DNA of 64,000 bases from Squalus acanthias. Its lineage: Eukaryota. The notes under the pieces were generated by a model. It was not told the origin of the DNA and did not search any database. It saw nothing but the letters and a program-made list of their open reading frames with translations. How positions within the stretch are numbered: position 1 is the stretch's first letter; each line of letters opens with the position of its first letter. The stretch is taken from contig CM059432.1 of the NCBI GenBank assembly GCA_030390025.1, positions 63,924,001 through 63,988,000 of the forward strand, read 5' to 3'. A program made the translations under genes and the position numbers. Positions 12,001 to 24,000 of this stretch are shown here, one piece after another.

Positions 12001-15000
12001 CTCAGTGAGGGGTATTAGAGGGGTGAGTGTCTCAGTGAGGGGGGATTAGAGGGGTGAGTTTCTCAGAGAGGGGGATTAGAGGGGTGAGTTTCACAGAGGG
12101 GGGGATTAGAGGGATGAGTGTCTCTGTGAAGGGGGATTAGAGGGGTGAGTGTCCCAGTGAGGAGGGATTAGAGGGGTGAATGTCCCAGTGAAGGGGGATT
12201 AGAGGGGGTGAGTGTCTCAGTGAGGGGGGATTAGAGGGGTGAGTGTCTCTGTGAAGGGGGATTAGAGGGGTGAGTGTCCCAGTGAGGAGGGATTAGAGGG
12301 GATGAGTGTCTCAGTGACGGGGGATTAGAGGGGATAGTTTCTCAGTGAGGGGGAATTAGAGTGGTGAGTGTCTCAGTGAGCGGGGATTAGACTGGTGAGT
12401 GTCACAGTGAGGGGGGATTAGAGGGGTGAGTGTCCCAGTGAGGGAAGATTAGAGGACTATATGTCCCAGTTAGGGGAGAGTAGAGGAGTAAATGTCTCAG
12501 TGAGGGGGGATTAGAGGGGTGAGAGTCTCAGTGAGGGGGGATTAGAGGGGTGAGAGTCTCAGTGAGGGGGGATTAGAGGGGTGAGTCTCTCAGTGAGGGG
12601 GGATTAGAGGGGTGAGTCTCTCAGTGAGGGGGTTTAGAGGGGTGAGTGTCTCAGTGAGGGGGATTAGAGGGGTGAGTCTCTCAGTGAGGGGGTTTAGAGG
12701 GGTGAGTGTCTCAGTGAGGGGGGATTAGAGGGGTGAGTGTCTCAGTGAGGGGGCATTAGAGGGCTAAGTGTCTCAGTGAGGGGGGATTAGAGGGGGAAGT
12801 GTCTCAGTAAGGGCGATTAGAGGGGTGAGTGTCTCAGTGAGGGGGGATTAGAGGGGTGAGTGTCTCAGTGAGGGGGGATTAGAGGGCTGAGTGTCTCAGT
12901 GAGGGGCGATTAGAGGGGTGAGTTTCTCAGTGAGGGGGGATTAGAGGGGGGAGTGTCTCTGTAAGGGCGATTAGAGGGGTATGTGTCTCAGTGAGGGGGT
13001 ATTAGAGGGGTGAGTGTCTCAGTGAGGGGGGATTAGAGGGGATGAGTGTCTCAGTGCGGTAGGATTAGAGGGATGAGCATCTCAGTGAGGGGGGATTAGA
13101 GGGGTGAGTGTCTCAGTGAGGGGGGATTAGAGGGGTGAGTGTCTCAGTGAGGGGGGATTAGAGGGGATGAGTGTCTCACTGAGGGGGCATTAGAGGGGTG
13201 AGCATCTCAGTGAGGGGGGATTAGAGGGGTGAGTGTCTCAGTGAGGGGGGATTAGAGGGGATGAGTGTCTCAGTGAGGGGGGATTAGAGGGGTGAGTGTC
13301 TCAGTGATGTGGATTAGAGGGGTGAGTGTCCCAGTGTAGGGGGATTAGAGGGGTGAGTGTCTCTGTGAAGGGGGATTAGAGGGGGTGAGTGTCTCAGTGA
13401 GGGGGGATTAGAGGGGTGAGTGTCTCTGTGAAGGGGGATTAGAGGGGGTGAGTGTCTCAGTGAGGGGGGATTAGAGGGGTGAGTGTCTCAGTGAGGGGGG
13501 ATTAGAGGGGTGAGGGTCTCAGTGAGGGGGGATTAGAGGGGTGAGTGTCTCAGTGAGGGGGGATTAGAGGGGTGAGGGTCTCAGTGAGGGGGGATTAGAG
13601 GGGTGAGTGTCTCAGTGAGGGGGGATTAGAGGGGTGAGTGTCTCAGTGAGGGGGTTTAGAGGGGTGAGTGTCTCAGTGAGGGGGGATTAGAGGGGTGAGT
13701 GTCTCAGTGAGGGGGGATTAGAGGGGTGAGTGTCTCAGTGAGGGGGGATTAGAGGGGTGAGTGTCTCAGTGAGGGGGGATTAGAGGGGTGAGTGTCTCAG
13801 TGAGGGGGGATTAGAAGGGTGAGTGTCTCAGTGAGGGGTATTAGAGGGGTGAGTGTCTCAGTGAGGGGGGATTAGAGGGGTGAGTGTCCCAGTGAGGGGG
13901 GATTAGAGGGGTGAGTTTCTCAGAGAGGGGGATTAGAGGGGTGAGTTTCACAAAGGGGGGGATTAGAGGGGTGAGTGTCTCAGTGAGGGGGGATTAGAGG
14001 GGTGAGTGTCTCAGAGAGGGGGATTAGAGGGGTGAGTTTCTCAGAGAGGGGGATTAGAGGGGGGAGTGTCTCAGTAAGGGCGATTAGAGGGCTGAGTGTC
14101 TCAGTGAGGGGGGATTAGTGGGGATGAGTGTCTCACTGAGGGGGGATTAGAGGGGTGAGTGTCTCAGAGAGGGGGATTAGAGGGGTGAGTTTCTCAGAGA
14201 GGGGGATTAGAGGGGGGAGTGTCTCAGTAAGGGCGATTAGAGGGCTGAGTGTCTCAGTGAGGGGGGATTAGTGGGGTGAGTGTCTCAGTGAGGGGGGATT
14301 AGAGGGGTGAGTGTCTCTGTGAAGGGGGATTAGAGGGGTGAGTGTCTCAGTGAAGGGGGATTAGAGGGGTGAGTGTCTCAGTGAGGGGGATTAGAGGGGA
14401 TGAGTGTCCCAGTGAGGGGGGATTAGAGGGGATGAGTGTCCCAGTGAGGGGGGATTAGAGGGGTGAGTGTCTCAGTGATGGGGGGATTAGAGGGGTGAGT
14501 GTCTCAGTGATGGGGGGATTAGAGGGGTGAGTGTCTCAGTGAGGGGGGATTAGAGGGGTGAGTGTCTCAGTGAGGGGGGATTAGAGGTGTGAGTGTCTCA
14601 GTGAGGGGGGATTAGAGGGGTGAGTGTCTCAGTGAGGGGGGATTAGAGGGGTGAGTGTCTCAGTGAGGGGGGATTAGAGGGGTGAGTGTCTCAGTGAGGG
14701 GAGATTAGAGGGGTGAGTCTCTCAGTGAGGGGGTTTAGAGGGGTGAGTGTCTCAGTGAGGGGGGATTAGAGGGGTGAGGGTCTCAGTGAGGGGGGATTAG
14801 AGGGGTGAGTGTCTCAGTGAGGGGTATTAGAGGGGTGAGTGTCTCAGTGAGGGGGGATTAGAGGGGTGAGTGTCCCAGTGAGGGGGGATTAGAGGGGTGA
14901 GTTTCTCAGAGAGGGGGATTAGAGGGGTGAGTGTCTCAGTGAGGGGGATTAGAGGGGTGAGGGTCTCAGTGACGGGGGATTAGAGGGGTGAGTGTCTCAG

Positions 15001-18000
15001 TGAGGGGGTATTAGACGGGTGAGTGTCTCAGTGAGGGGGGATTAGAGGGGTGAGTGTCCCAGTGTAGGGGGATTAGAGGGGTGAATGTCCCAGTGAAGGG
15101 GGATTAGAAGGGGTGAGTGTCTCAGTGAAGGGGGATTAGAGGGGGTGAGTGTCTCTGTGAAGGGGGATTAGAGGGGTGAGTGTCTCAGTGAAGGGGGATT
15201 AGAGGGGGTGAGTGTCTCAGTGAAGTGGGATTAGAGGGTTGAGTTTCTCAGTGAGGGGGGATTATTGGGGTGAGTGTCTCAGTGAGAGAGGATTAGAGGG
15301 GTGAGTGTCTCAGTGAGGGGGATTAGAGGGGATGAGTGTTTCAGTGAGGGGGGATTAGAGGGGTGAGTGTCTCAGTGAGGGGGGATTAGAGGGGTGAGTG
15401 TCTCAGTGAGGGGGGATTAGAGGGGTGAGTGTCTCAGTGAGGGGGGATTAGAGGGGTGAGTGTCTCAGTGAGAGGGGATTAGAGGGGGGAGTGTCTCAGT
15501 AAGGGCGATTAGAGTGCTGAGTGTCTCAGTGAGGGGGTTTAGAGGGGTGAGTGTCTCAGTGAGGGGTATTAGAGGGGTGAGTGTCTCAGTGAGGGGGGAT
15601 TAGTGGGGATGAGTGTCCCAGTGAGGGGGGATTAGAGGGGTGAGTGTCTCAGTGACGGGGCATTAGTGGGGATGAGTGTCCCAGTAAGGGCGATTAGAGG
15701 GCTGAGTGTCTCAGTGAGGGGGGATTAAAGGGGATGAGTGTTTCAGTGAGGGGGGATTAGAGAGGGTGAGTGTTTCAGTGAGGGGGGATTAGAGAGGGGT
15801 GAGTGTCTCAGTGAGGGGGGATTAGAGGGGTGAGTGTCTCAGTGAGGGGGGATTAGAGGGGTGAGTCTCTCAGTGAGGGGTTTAGAGGGGTGAGTGTCTC
15901 AGTGAGGGGAGATTAGAGGGGTGAGTGTCTCAGTGAGGGGGGATTAGAGGGGGGGGAGTGTCTCAGTAAGGATATTAGAGGGCTGAGTGTCCCAGTGAAG
16001 GGGGATTAGAGGGGAGAGTTTCTCAGTGAGGGGGGATTAGAGGGGTGAGTGTTTCAGTGAGGGGGGATTATAGGGTTGAGTGTCCTAGTGAAGGGGGATT
16101 AGAGGGGTGAGTGTCCCAGTGAGGGGGGATTAGAGGGGATGAGTGTCTCAGTGAGGGGGGATTAGAGGGGTGAGTGTCTCAGTGAGGGGGGATTAGAGGG
16201 GTGAGTGTCACAGTGAGGGGGGATTAGTGGGGTGAGTGTCCCAGTGAGTGAAGATTAGAGGAGTAAATGTCCCATTGAGGGGGGTTTAGAGGGGTGAGTG
16301 TCTCAGTGAGGGGAGATTAGAGGGGTGAGTGTCTCAGTGAGGGGCGATTAGAGGGGTGAGTGTCTCAGTGAGGGGGGATTAGAGGGGTGAGTGTCTCAGT
16401 GAGGGGTGATTAGAGGGGTGAGTGTCTCAGTGAGTGCGATTAGAGTGGTGAGTGTCTCAATGAGGGGGGATTAGAGGGGAGAGTTTCTCAGTGAGGGGTG
16501 ATTAGAGGGGTGAGTGTCTCAGTGAGGGGGGATTAGAGGGTTGAGTGTCCCAGTGAAGGGGGATTAGAGGGGAGAGTTTCTCAGTGAGGGGGGATTAGAG
16601 GGATGAGTGTCTCAGTGAGGGGGGATTAGAAGGGTGAGTGTCTCAGTGAGGGGGATTAGAGGGGTGAGTCTCTCAGTGAGGGGGTTTAGAGGGGTGAGTG
16701 TCTCAGTGAGGGGGGATTAGAGGGGTGAGTGTCTCAGTGAGCGGGGATTAGAGGGCTGAGTGTCTCAGTGAGGGGGGATTAGAGGGGTGAGTGTCTCAGT
16801 GAGGGGGGATTAGAGGGGTGAGTGTCTCAGTGAGGGGGGATTAGAGGGGTGAGTGTCTCAGTGAGGGGGGATTAGAGGGGTGAGTTTCTCAGTGAGGGGG
16901 GATTAGAGGGGTGAGTTTCTCAGTGAGGGGGGATTAGAGGGGGGAGTGTCTCAGTGAGGGAGTATTAGACGGGTGAGTTTCTCAGTGAGGGGGGATTTGA
17001 GGGGTGAGTGTTTCAGTGAGGGGGGATTAGAGGGGTAAGTGTCTCAGTGAGGGGGGATTAGAGGGGTGAGTGTCTCAGTGAGGGGGGATTAGAGGGGATG
17101 AGTGTCTCAGTGAGGGGGGATTAGAGGGGTGAGCATCTCAGTGAGGGGGGATTAGAGGGGTGAGTGTCTCAGTGAGGGGGGATTAGAGGGGATGAGTGTC
17201 TCACTGAGGGGGGATTAGAGGGGTGAGCATCTCAGTGAGGGGGGATTAGAGGGGTGAGTGTCTCAGTGATGTGGATTAGAGGGGTGAGTGTCCCAGTGTA
17301 GGGGGATTAGAGGGGTGAGTGTTCCAGTGAAGGGGGATTAGAGGGGTGAGTGTCTCAGTGATTGGGATTAGAGGGGATGACTAACTCAGTGAGGGGGGAT
17401 TAGAGGGGTGAGTGTCTCTGGGAAGGGGGATTAGAGGGGTGAGTGTCTCTGTGAAGGGGTATTAGAGGGGGTGAGTGTCTCAGTGAGGGGCTATTAGAGG
17501 GGTGAGTGTCTCTGGGAAGGGGGATTAGAGGGGTGAGTTTCTCAGTGAGGGGGGATTAGAGGGGTGAGTGTCTCTGTGATGGAGATTAGAGGGGCGATTG
17601 TCTCAGTGAGGGGGGATTAGAGGGGTGAGTGTCTAGGTGAGGGGGGATTAGAGGGGTGAGTGTCTCAGTGAGGGGGGATTAGAGGTGTGAGTGTCACAGT
17701 GAGGGGGGATTAGAGTGGGTGAGTGTCTCAGTGAATGGGATTAGAGGGGTGAGTGTCCCAGTGAGAGGGGATTAGAGGGCTGAGTGTCTCAGTGAGGGGG
17801 GATTAGAGGGGTGAGTGTCTCAGTGAGGGGGATTAGAGGGGATGAGTGTTTCAGTTAGGGGGGATTAGAGGGGTGAGTGTCTCAGTGAGGGGGGATTAGA
17901 GGGGATGAGTGTCTCAGTGAGGGGGGATTAGAGGGGTGAGCATCTCAGTGAGGGTTGAGTAGAGGGGTGAGTGTCTCAGTGAGGGGGGATTAGAGGGGTG

Positions 18001-21000
18001 AGCATCTCAGTGAGGGGGGATTAGAGGGGTGAGTGTCTCAGTGAGGGGGGATTAGAGGGGTGAGTGCCTCAGTGAGGGGGGATTAGAGGTGTGAGTGTCA
18101 CAGTGAGGGGGGATTAGAGTGGGTGAGTGTCTCAGTGAATGGGATTAGAGGGTTGAGTGTCCCAGTGAGAGGGGATTAGAGGGGTGAGTGTCTCAGTGAG
18201 GGGGGATTAGAGGGGTGAGCATCTCAGTGAGGGGGGATTAGAGGGGATGAGTGTTTCAGTTAGGGGGGGATTAGAGGGGTGAGTGTCTCAGTGATGGGGA
18301 TTAGAGGGGTGAGTGTCTCAGTGAGGGGAGATTAGAGGGGTGAGTGTCTCAGTGAGGGGTGATTGGAGGGGTGAGTCTCTCAGTGAGGGGGTTTAGAGGG
18401 GTGAGTGTCTCAGTGAGGGGGGATTAGAGGGGTGAGGGTCTCAGTGAGGGGGGATTAAACGGTGATTGTCTCAGTGAGGGAGGATTAGAGGGGTGAGTAT
18501 TTCAGTGAGGGGGGATTAGAGGGGTGAGTGTTTCAGTGAGGGGGGATTAGAGGGGTGAGTGTCTCAGTGAGGGAAGATTAGAGGGGTGAGTGTCTCAGTG
18601 AGGGGGGATTAGAGGGGTGAGTATTTCAGTGAGGGGGGATTAGAGGGGTGAGTGTTTCAGTGAGGGGGGATTAGAGGGGTGAGTGTCTCAGTGAGGGGGG
18701 ATTAGAGGGGTGAGTGTCTCAGTGAGGGGGGATTAGAGGGGTGAGTGTCTCAGTGAGGGGGATTAGAGGGGTGAGTGTCTCAGTGAGGGGGGATTAGAGG
18801 GGTGAGTGTCTCAGTGAGGGGGGATTAGAGGGGTGAGTGTCTCAGTGAGGGGGGATTAGAGGGGTGAGTGTCTCAGTGAGGGGGATTAGAGGGGTGAGTG
18901 TCTCAGTGAGGGGTGATTAGAGGGGTGAGTGTCTCAGTGAGGGGGGATTAGAGGGGTGAGTGTCTCAGTGAGGGGGATTAGAGGGGTGAGTGTCTCAGTG
19001 AGGGGTGATTAGAGGGGCGAGTGTCTCAGTGAGGGGCGATTAGAGGGGTGAGTGTCTCAGTGAGGGGGGATTAGAGGGGTGAGTTTCACAAAGGGGGGGA
19101 TTAGAGGGGATGAGTGTTTCAGTGAGGGGGGATTAGAGAGGTGAGTGTCTCAGTGAGGGGGATTAGAGGGGATGAGTGTCTCAGTGAGGGGGGATTAGAG
19201 TGGTGAGTGTCTCAGTGAGGGGGAATTAGAGTGGTGAGTGTCTCAGTGAGGGGGGATTAGAGGAGTAAATGTCGCAGTGAGGGGAGAGTAGAGGAGTAAA
19301 TGTCTCAGTGAGGGGGGATTAGAGGGGTGAGTGTCTCAGTAAGGGTGATTAGAGGGGTGAGTGTCTCAGTGAGGGGGGATTAGAGGGGTGAGTGTCTCAG
19401 TGAGGGGGGATTAGAGGGGTGAGTTTCTCAGTGATGGGGGATTAGAGGGGTGAGTGTCTCAGTAAGGGTGATTAGAGGGCTGAGTGTCTCAGTGAGTGGG
19501 GATTAGAGGGGTGAGTGTCTCAGTGAGGGGGGATTAGAGGGGTGAGTTTCTCAGTGAGGGGGGATTAGAGGGGTGAGTCTCTCAGTGAGGGTCTTTAGAG
19601 GGGTGAGTGTCTCAGTGAGGGGAGATTAGAGGGGTGAGTGTCTCAGTGAGGGGGATTAGAGGGCTGAGTGTCTCAGTGAGGGGGGATTAGAGGGGGTGAG
19701 TGTCTCAGTGAGGGGGGATTAGAGGGGTGAGTGTCTCAGTGAGGGGGGATTAGAGGGGTGAGTGTCTCAGTGAGGGGGGATTAGAGGGGTGAGTGTCTCA
19801 GTGAGGGGGTATTAGACGGGTGAGTTTCTCAGTGAGGGGGAATTTGAGGGGCGAGTGTCTCAGTGAGGGGGGATTAGAGGGGTGAGCATCTCAGTGAGGG
19901 TTGAGTAGAGTGGTGAGTGTCTCCGTGAGGGGGGATTAGAGGGGATGAGCGTCTCAGTGAGGGGGGATTAGAGGGGTGAGTGTCTCAGTGATGTGAATTA
20001 GAGGGGTGAGTGTCCCAGTGTAGGGGGATTAGAGGGGTGAGTGTTCCAGTGAAGGGGGATTAGAGGGGTGAGTGTCTCAGTGATTGGGATTAGAGGGGAT
20101 GACTAACTCAGTGAGGGGGGATTAGAGGGGTGAGTGTCTCTGTGAAGGGGTATTAGAGGGGGTGAGTGTCTCAGTGAGGGGCTATTAGAGGGGTGAGTGT
20201 CTCTGGGAAGGGGGATTAGAGGGGGTGAGTTTCTCAGTGAGGGGGGATTAGAGGGGTGAGTGTCTCTGTGATGGAGATTAGAGGGGTGAGTGTCTCAGTG
20301 AGGGGGGATTAGAGGGGTGAGTGTCTCTGTGATGGAGATTAGAGGGGTGAGGGTCTCAGTGAGGGGGTATTAGACGGGTGAGTTTCTCAGTGAGGGGGAA
20401 TTTGAGGGGCGAGTGTCTCAGTGAGGGGGGATTAGAGGGGTGAGCATCTCAGTGAGGGTTGAGTAGAGTGGTGAGTGTCTCCGTGAGGGGGGATTAGAGG
20501 GGATGAGCGTCTCAGTGAGGGGGGATTAGAGGGGTGAGTGTCTCAGTGATGTGAATTAGAGGGGTGAGTGTCCCAGTGTAGGGGGATTAGAGGGGTGAGT
20601 GTTCCAGTGAAGGGGGATTAGAGGGGTGAGTGTCTCAGTGATTGGGATTAGAGGGGATGACTAACTCAGTGAGGGGGGATTAGAGGGGTGAGTGTCTCCG
20701 TGAGGGGGGATTAGAGGGGATGAGCGTCTCAGTGAGGGGGGATTAGAGGGGTGAGTGTCTCAGTGAGGGCGATTAGAGGGGTAAGTGTCTCAGTGAGGGA
20801 GGATTAGAGGGGTGAGTGTCTCAGTGAGGGGGGATTAGAGGGGATGAGCGTCTCAGTGAGGGGGGATTAGAGGGGTGAGTGTCTCAGTGATGTGAATTAG
20901 AGGGGTGAGTGTCCCAGTGTAGGGGGATTAGAGGGGTGAGTGTTCCAGTGAAGGGGGATTAGAGGGGTGAGTGTCTCAGTGATTGGGATTAGAGGGGATG

Positions 21001-24000
21001 ACTAACTCAGTGAGGGGGGATTAGAGGGGTGAGTGTCTCTGGGAAGGGGGATTAGAGGGGTGAGTGTCTCTGTGATGGAGATTAGAGGGGTGAGTGTCTC
21101 AGTGATGGGGATTAGAGGGGCGAGTGTCTCAGTGAGGGGGGATTAGAGGGGTGAGTGTCTCAGTGAGGGGGGATTAGAGGGGTGAGTGTCTCAGTGAGGG
21201 GGGATTAGAGGGGTGAGTGTCTCAGTGAGGGGGGATTAGAGGTGTGAGTGTCACAGTGAGGGGGGATTAGAGTGGGTGAGTGTCTCAGTGAATGGGATTA
21301 GAGGGTTGAGTGTCCCAGTGAGAGGGGATTAGAGGGGTGAGTGTCTCAGTGAGGGGGGATTAGAGGGGTGAGCATCTCAGTGAGGGGGGATTAGAGGGGT
21401 GAGTGTCTCAGTGAGGGGGGATTAGAGGGGTGAGCATCTCAGTGAGGGGGGATTAGAGGGGTGAGTGTCTCAGTGAGGGGGGATTAGAGGGGTGAGCATC
21501 TCAGTGAGGGGGGATTAGAGGGGTGAGTGTCTCAGTGAGGGGGATTAGAGGGGTGAGTGTCTCAGTGAGGGGGGATTACAGGGGATGAGTGTCTCACTGA
21601 GGGGGGATTAGAGGGGTGAGTGTCTCAGTGAGGGGGTATTTTAGGGGTGAGTGTCTCCGTGAGGGGGGATTAGAGGGGATGAGCGTCTCAGTGAGGGGGG
21701 ATTAGAGGGGTGAGTGTCTCAGTGATGTGAATTAGAGGGGTGAGTGTCCCAGTGTAGGGGGATTAGAGGGGTGAGTGTCTCAGTGAGGGCGATTAGAGGG
21801 GTAAGTGTCTCAGTGAGGGAGGATTAGAGGGGTGAGTGTCTCAGTGAGGGGGGATTAGAGGGGATGAGTGTCTCAGTGAGGGGGGATTAGAGGGGTGAGC
21901 ATCTCAGTGAGGGTTGAGTAGAGGGGTGAGTGTCTCAGTGAGGGGGGATTAGAGGGGTGAGCATCTCAGTGAAGGGGGATTAGAGGGGTGAGTGTCTCAG
22001 TGAGGGGGGATTACAGGGGATGAGTGTCTCACTGAGGGGGGATTAGAGGGGTGAGCATCTCAGTGAGGGGGTATTTTAGGGGTGAGTGTCTCCGTGAGGG
22101 GGGATTAGAGGGGATGAGCGTCTCAGTGAGGGGGGATTAGAGGGGTGAGTGTCTCAGTGATGTGAATTAGAGGGGTGAGTGTCCCAGTGTAGGGGGATTA
22201 GAGGGGTGAGTGTTCCAGTGAAGGGGGATTAGAGGGGTGAGTGTCTCAGTGATTGGGATTAGAGGGGATGACTAACTCAGTGAGGGGGGATTAGAGGGGT
22301 GAGTGTCTCTGTGAAGGGGTATTAGAGGGGGTGAGTGTCTCAGTGAGGGGCTATTAGAGGGGTGAGTGTCTCTGGGAAGGGGGATTAGAGGGGGTGAGTT
22401 TCTCAGTGAGGGGGCATTAGAGGGGTGAGTGTCTCAGTGAGGGGGTATTAGACGGGTGAGTGTCTCAGTGAGGGGGTATTAGACGGGTGAGTTTCTCAGT
22501 GAGGGGGAATTTGAGGGGCGAGTGTCTCAGTGAGGGGGGATTAGAGGGGATGAGCGTCTCAGTGAGGGGGGATTAGAGGGGTGAGTGTCTCAGTGATGTG
22601 AATTAGAGGGGTGAGTGTCCCAGTGTAGGGGGATTAGAGGGGTGAGTGTCTCAGTGAGGGCGATTAGAGGGGTAAGTGTCTCAGTGAGGGAGGATTAGAG
22701 GGGTGAGTGTCTCAGTGAGGGGGGATTAGAGGGGTGAGTGTCTCAGTGAGGGGGATTAGAGGGGTGAGTGTCTCAGTGAGGGGGGATTACAGGGGATGAG
22801 TGTCTCACTGAGGGGGGATTAGAGGGGTGAGCATCTCAGTGAGGGGGTATTTTAGGGGTGAGTGTCTCCGTGAGGGGGGATTAGAGGGGATGAGCGTCTC
22901 AGTGAGGGGGGATTAGAGGGGTGAGTGTCTCAGTGATGTGAATTAGAGGGGTGAGTGTCCCAGTGTAGGGGGATTAGAGGGGTGAGTGTTCCAGTGAAGG
23001 GGGATTAGAGGGGTGAGTGTCTCAGTGATTGGGATTAGAGGGGATGACTAACTCAGTGAGGGGGGATTAGAGGGGTGAGTGTCTCTGTGAAGGGGTATTA
23101 GAGGGGGTGAGTGTCTCAGTGAGGGGCTATTAGAGGGGTGAGTGTCTCTGGGAAGGGTGATTAGAGGGGGTGAGTTTCTCAGTGAGGGGGATTAGAGGGG
23201 TGAGTGTCTCTGTGATGGAGATTAGAGGGGTGAGTGTCTCAGTGAGGGGGGATTAGAGGGGTGAGTGTCTCAGTGATGGAGATTAGAGGGGTGAGTGTCT
23301 CAGTGAGGGGGGATTAGAGGTGTGAGTGTCACAGTGAGGGGGGATTAGAGTGGGTGAGTGTCTCAGTGAATGGGATTAGAGGGTTGAGTGTCCCAGTGAG
23401 AGGGGATTAGAGGGGTGAGTGTCTCAGTGAGGGGGGATTAGAGGGGTGAGTGTCTCAGTGAGGGGGATTAGAGGGGATGAGTGTTTCAGTTAGGGGGGAT
23501 TAGAGGGGTGAGTGTCTCAGTGAGGGGGGATTAGAGGGGTGAGCATCTCAGTGAGGGGGGATTAGAGGGGTGAGTGTCTCAGTGAGGGGGGATTAGAGGG
23601 GTGAGTGTCTCAGTGAGGGGGGATTACAGGGGATGAGTGTCTCACTGAGGGGGGATTAGAGGGGTGAGCATCTCAGTGAGGGGGTATTTTAGGGGTGAGT
23701 GTCTCCGTGAGGGGGGATTAGAGGGGATGAGCGTCTCAGTGAGGGGGGATTAGAGGGGTGAGTGTCTCAGTGATGTGAATTAGAGGGGTGAGTGTCCCAG
23801 TGTAGGGGGATTAGAGGGGTGAGTGTCTCAGTGAGGGCGATTAGAGGGGTAAGTGTCTCAGTGAGGGAGGATTAGAGGGGTGAGTGTCTCAGTGAGGGGG
23901 GATTAGAGGGGATGAGTGTCTCAGTGAGGGGGGATTAGAGGGGTGAGCATCTCAGTGAGGGTTGAGTAGAGGGGTGAGTGTCTCAGTGAGGGGGGATTAG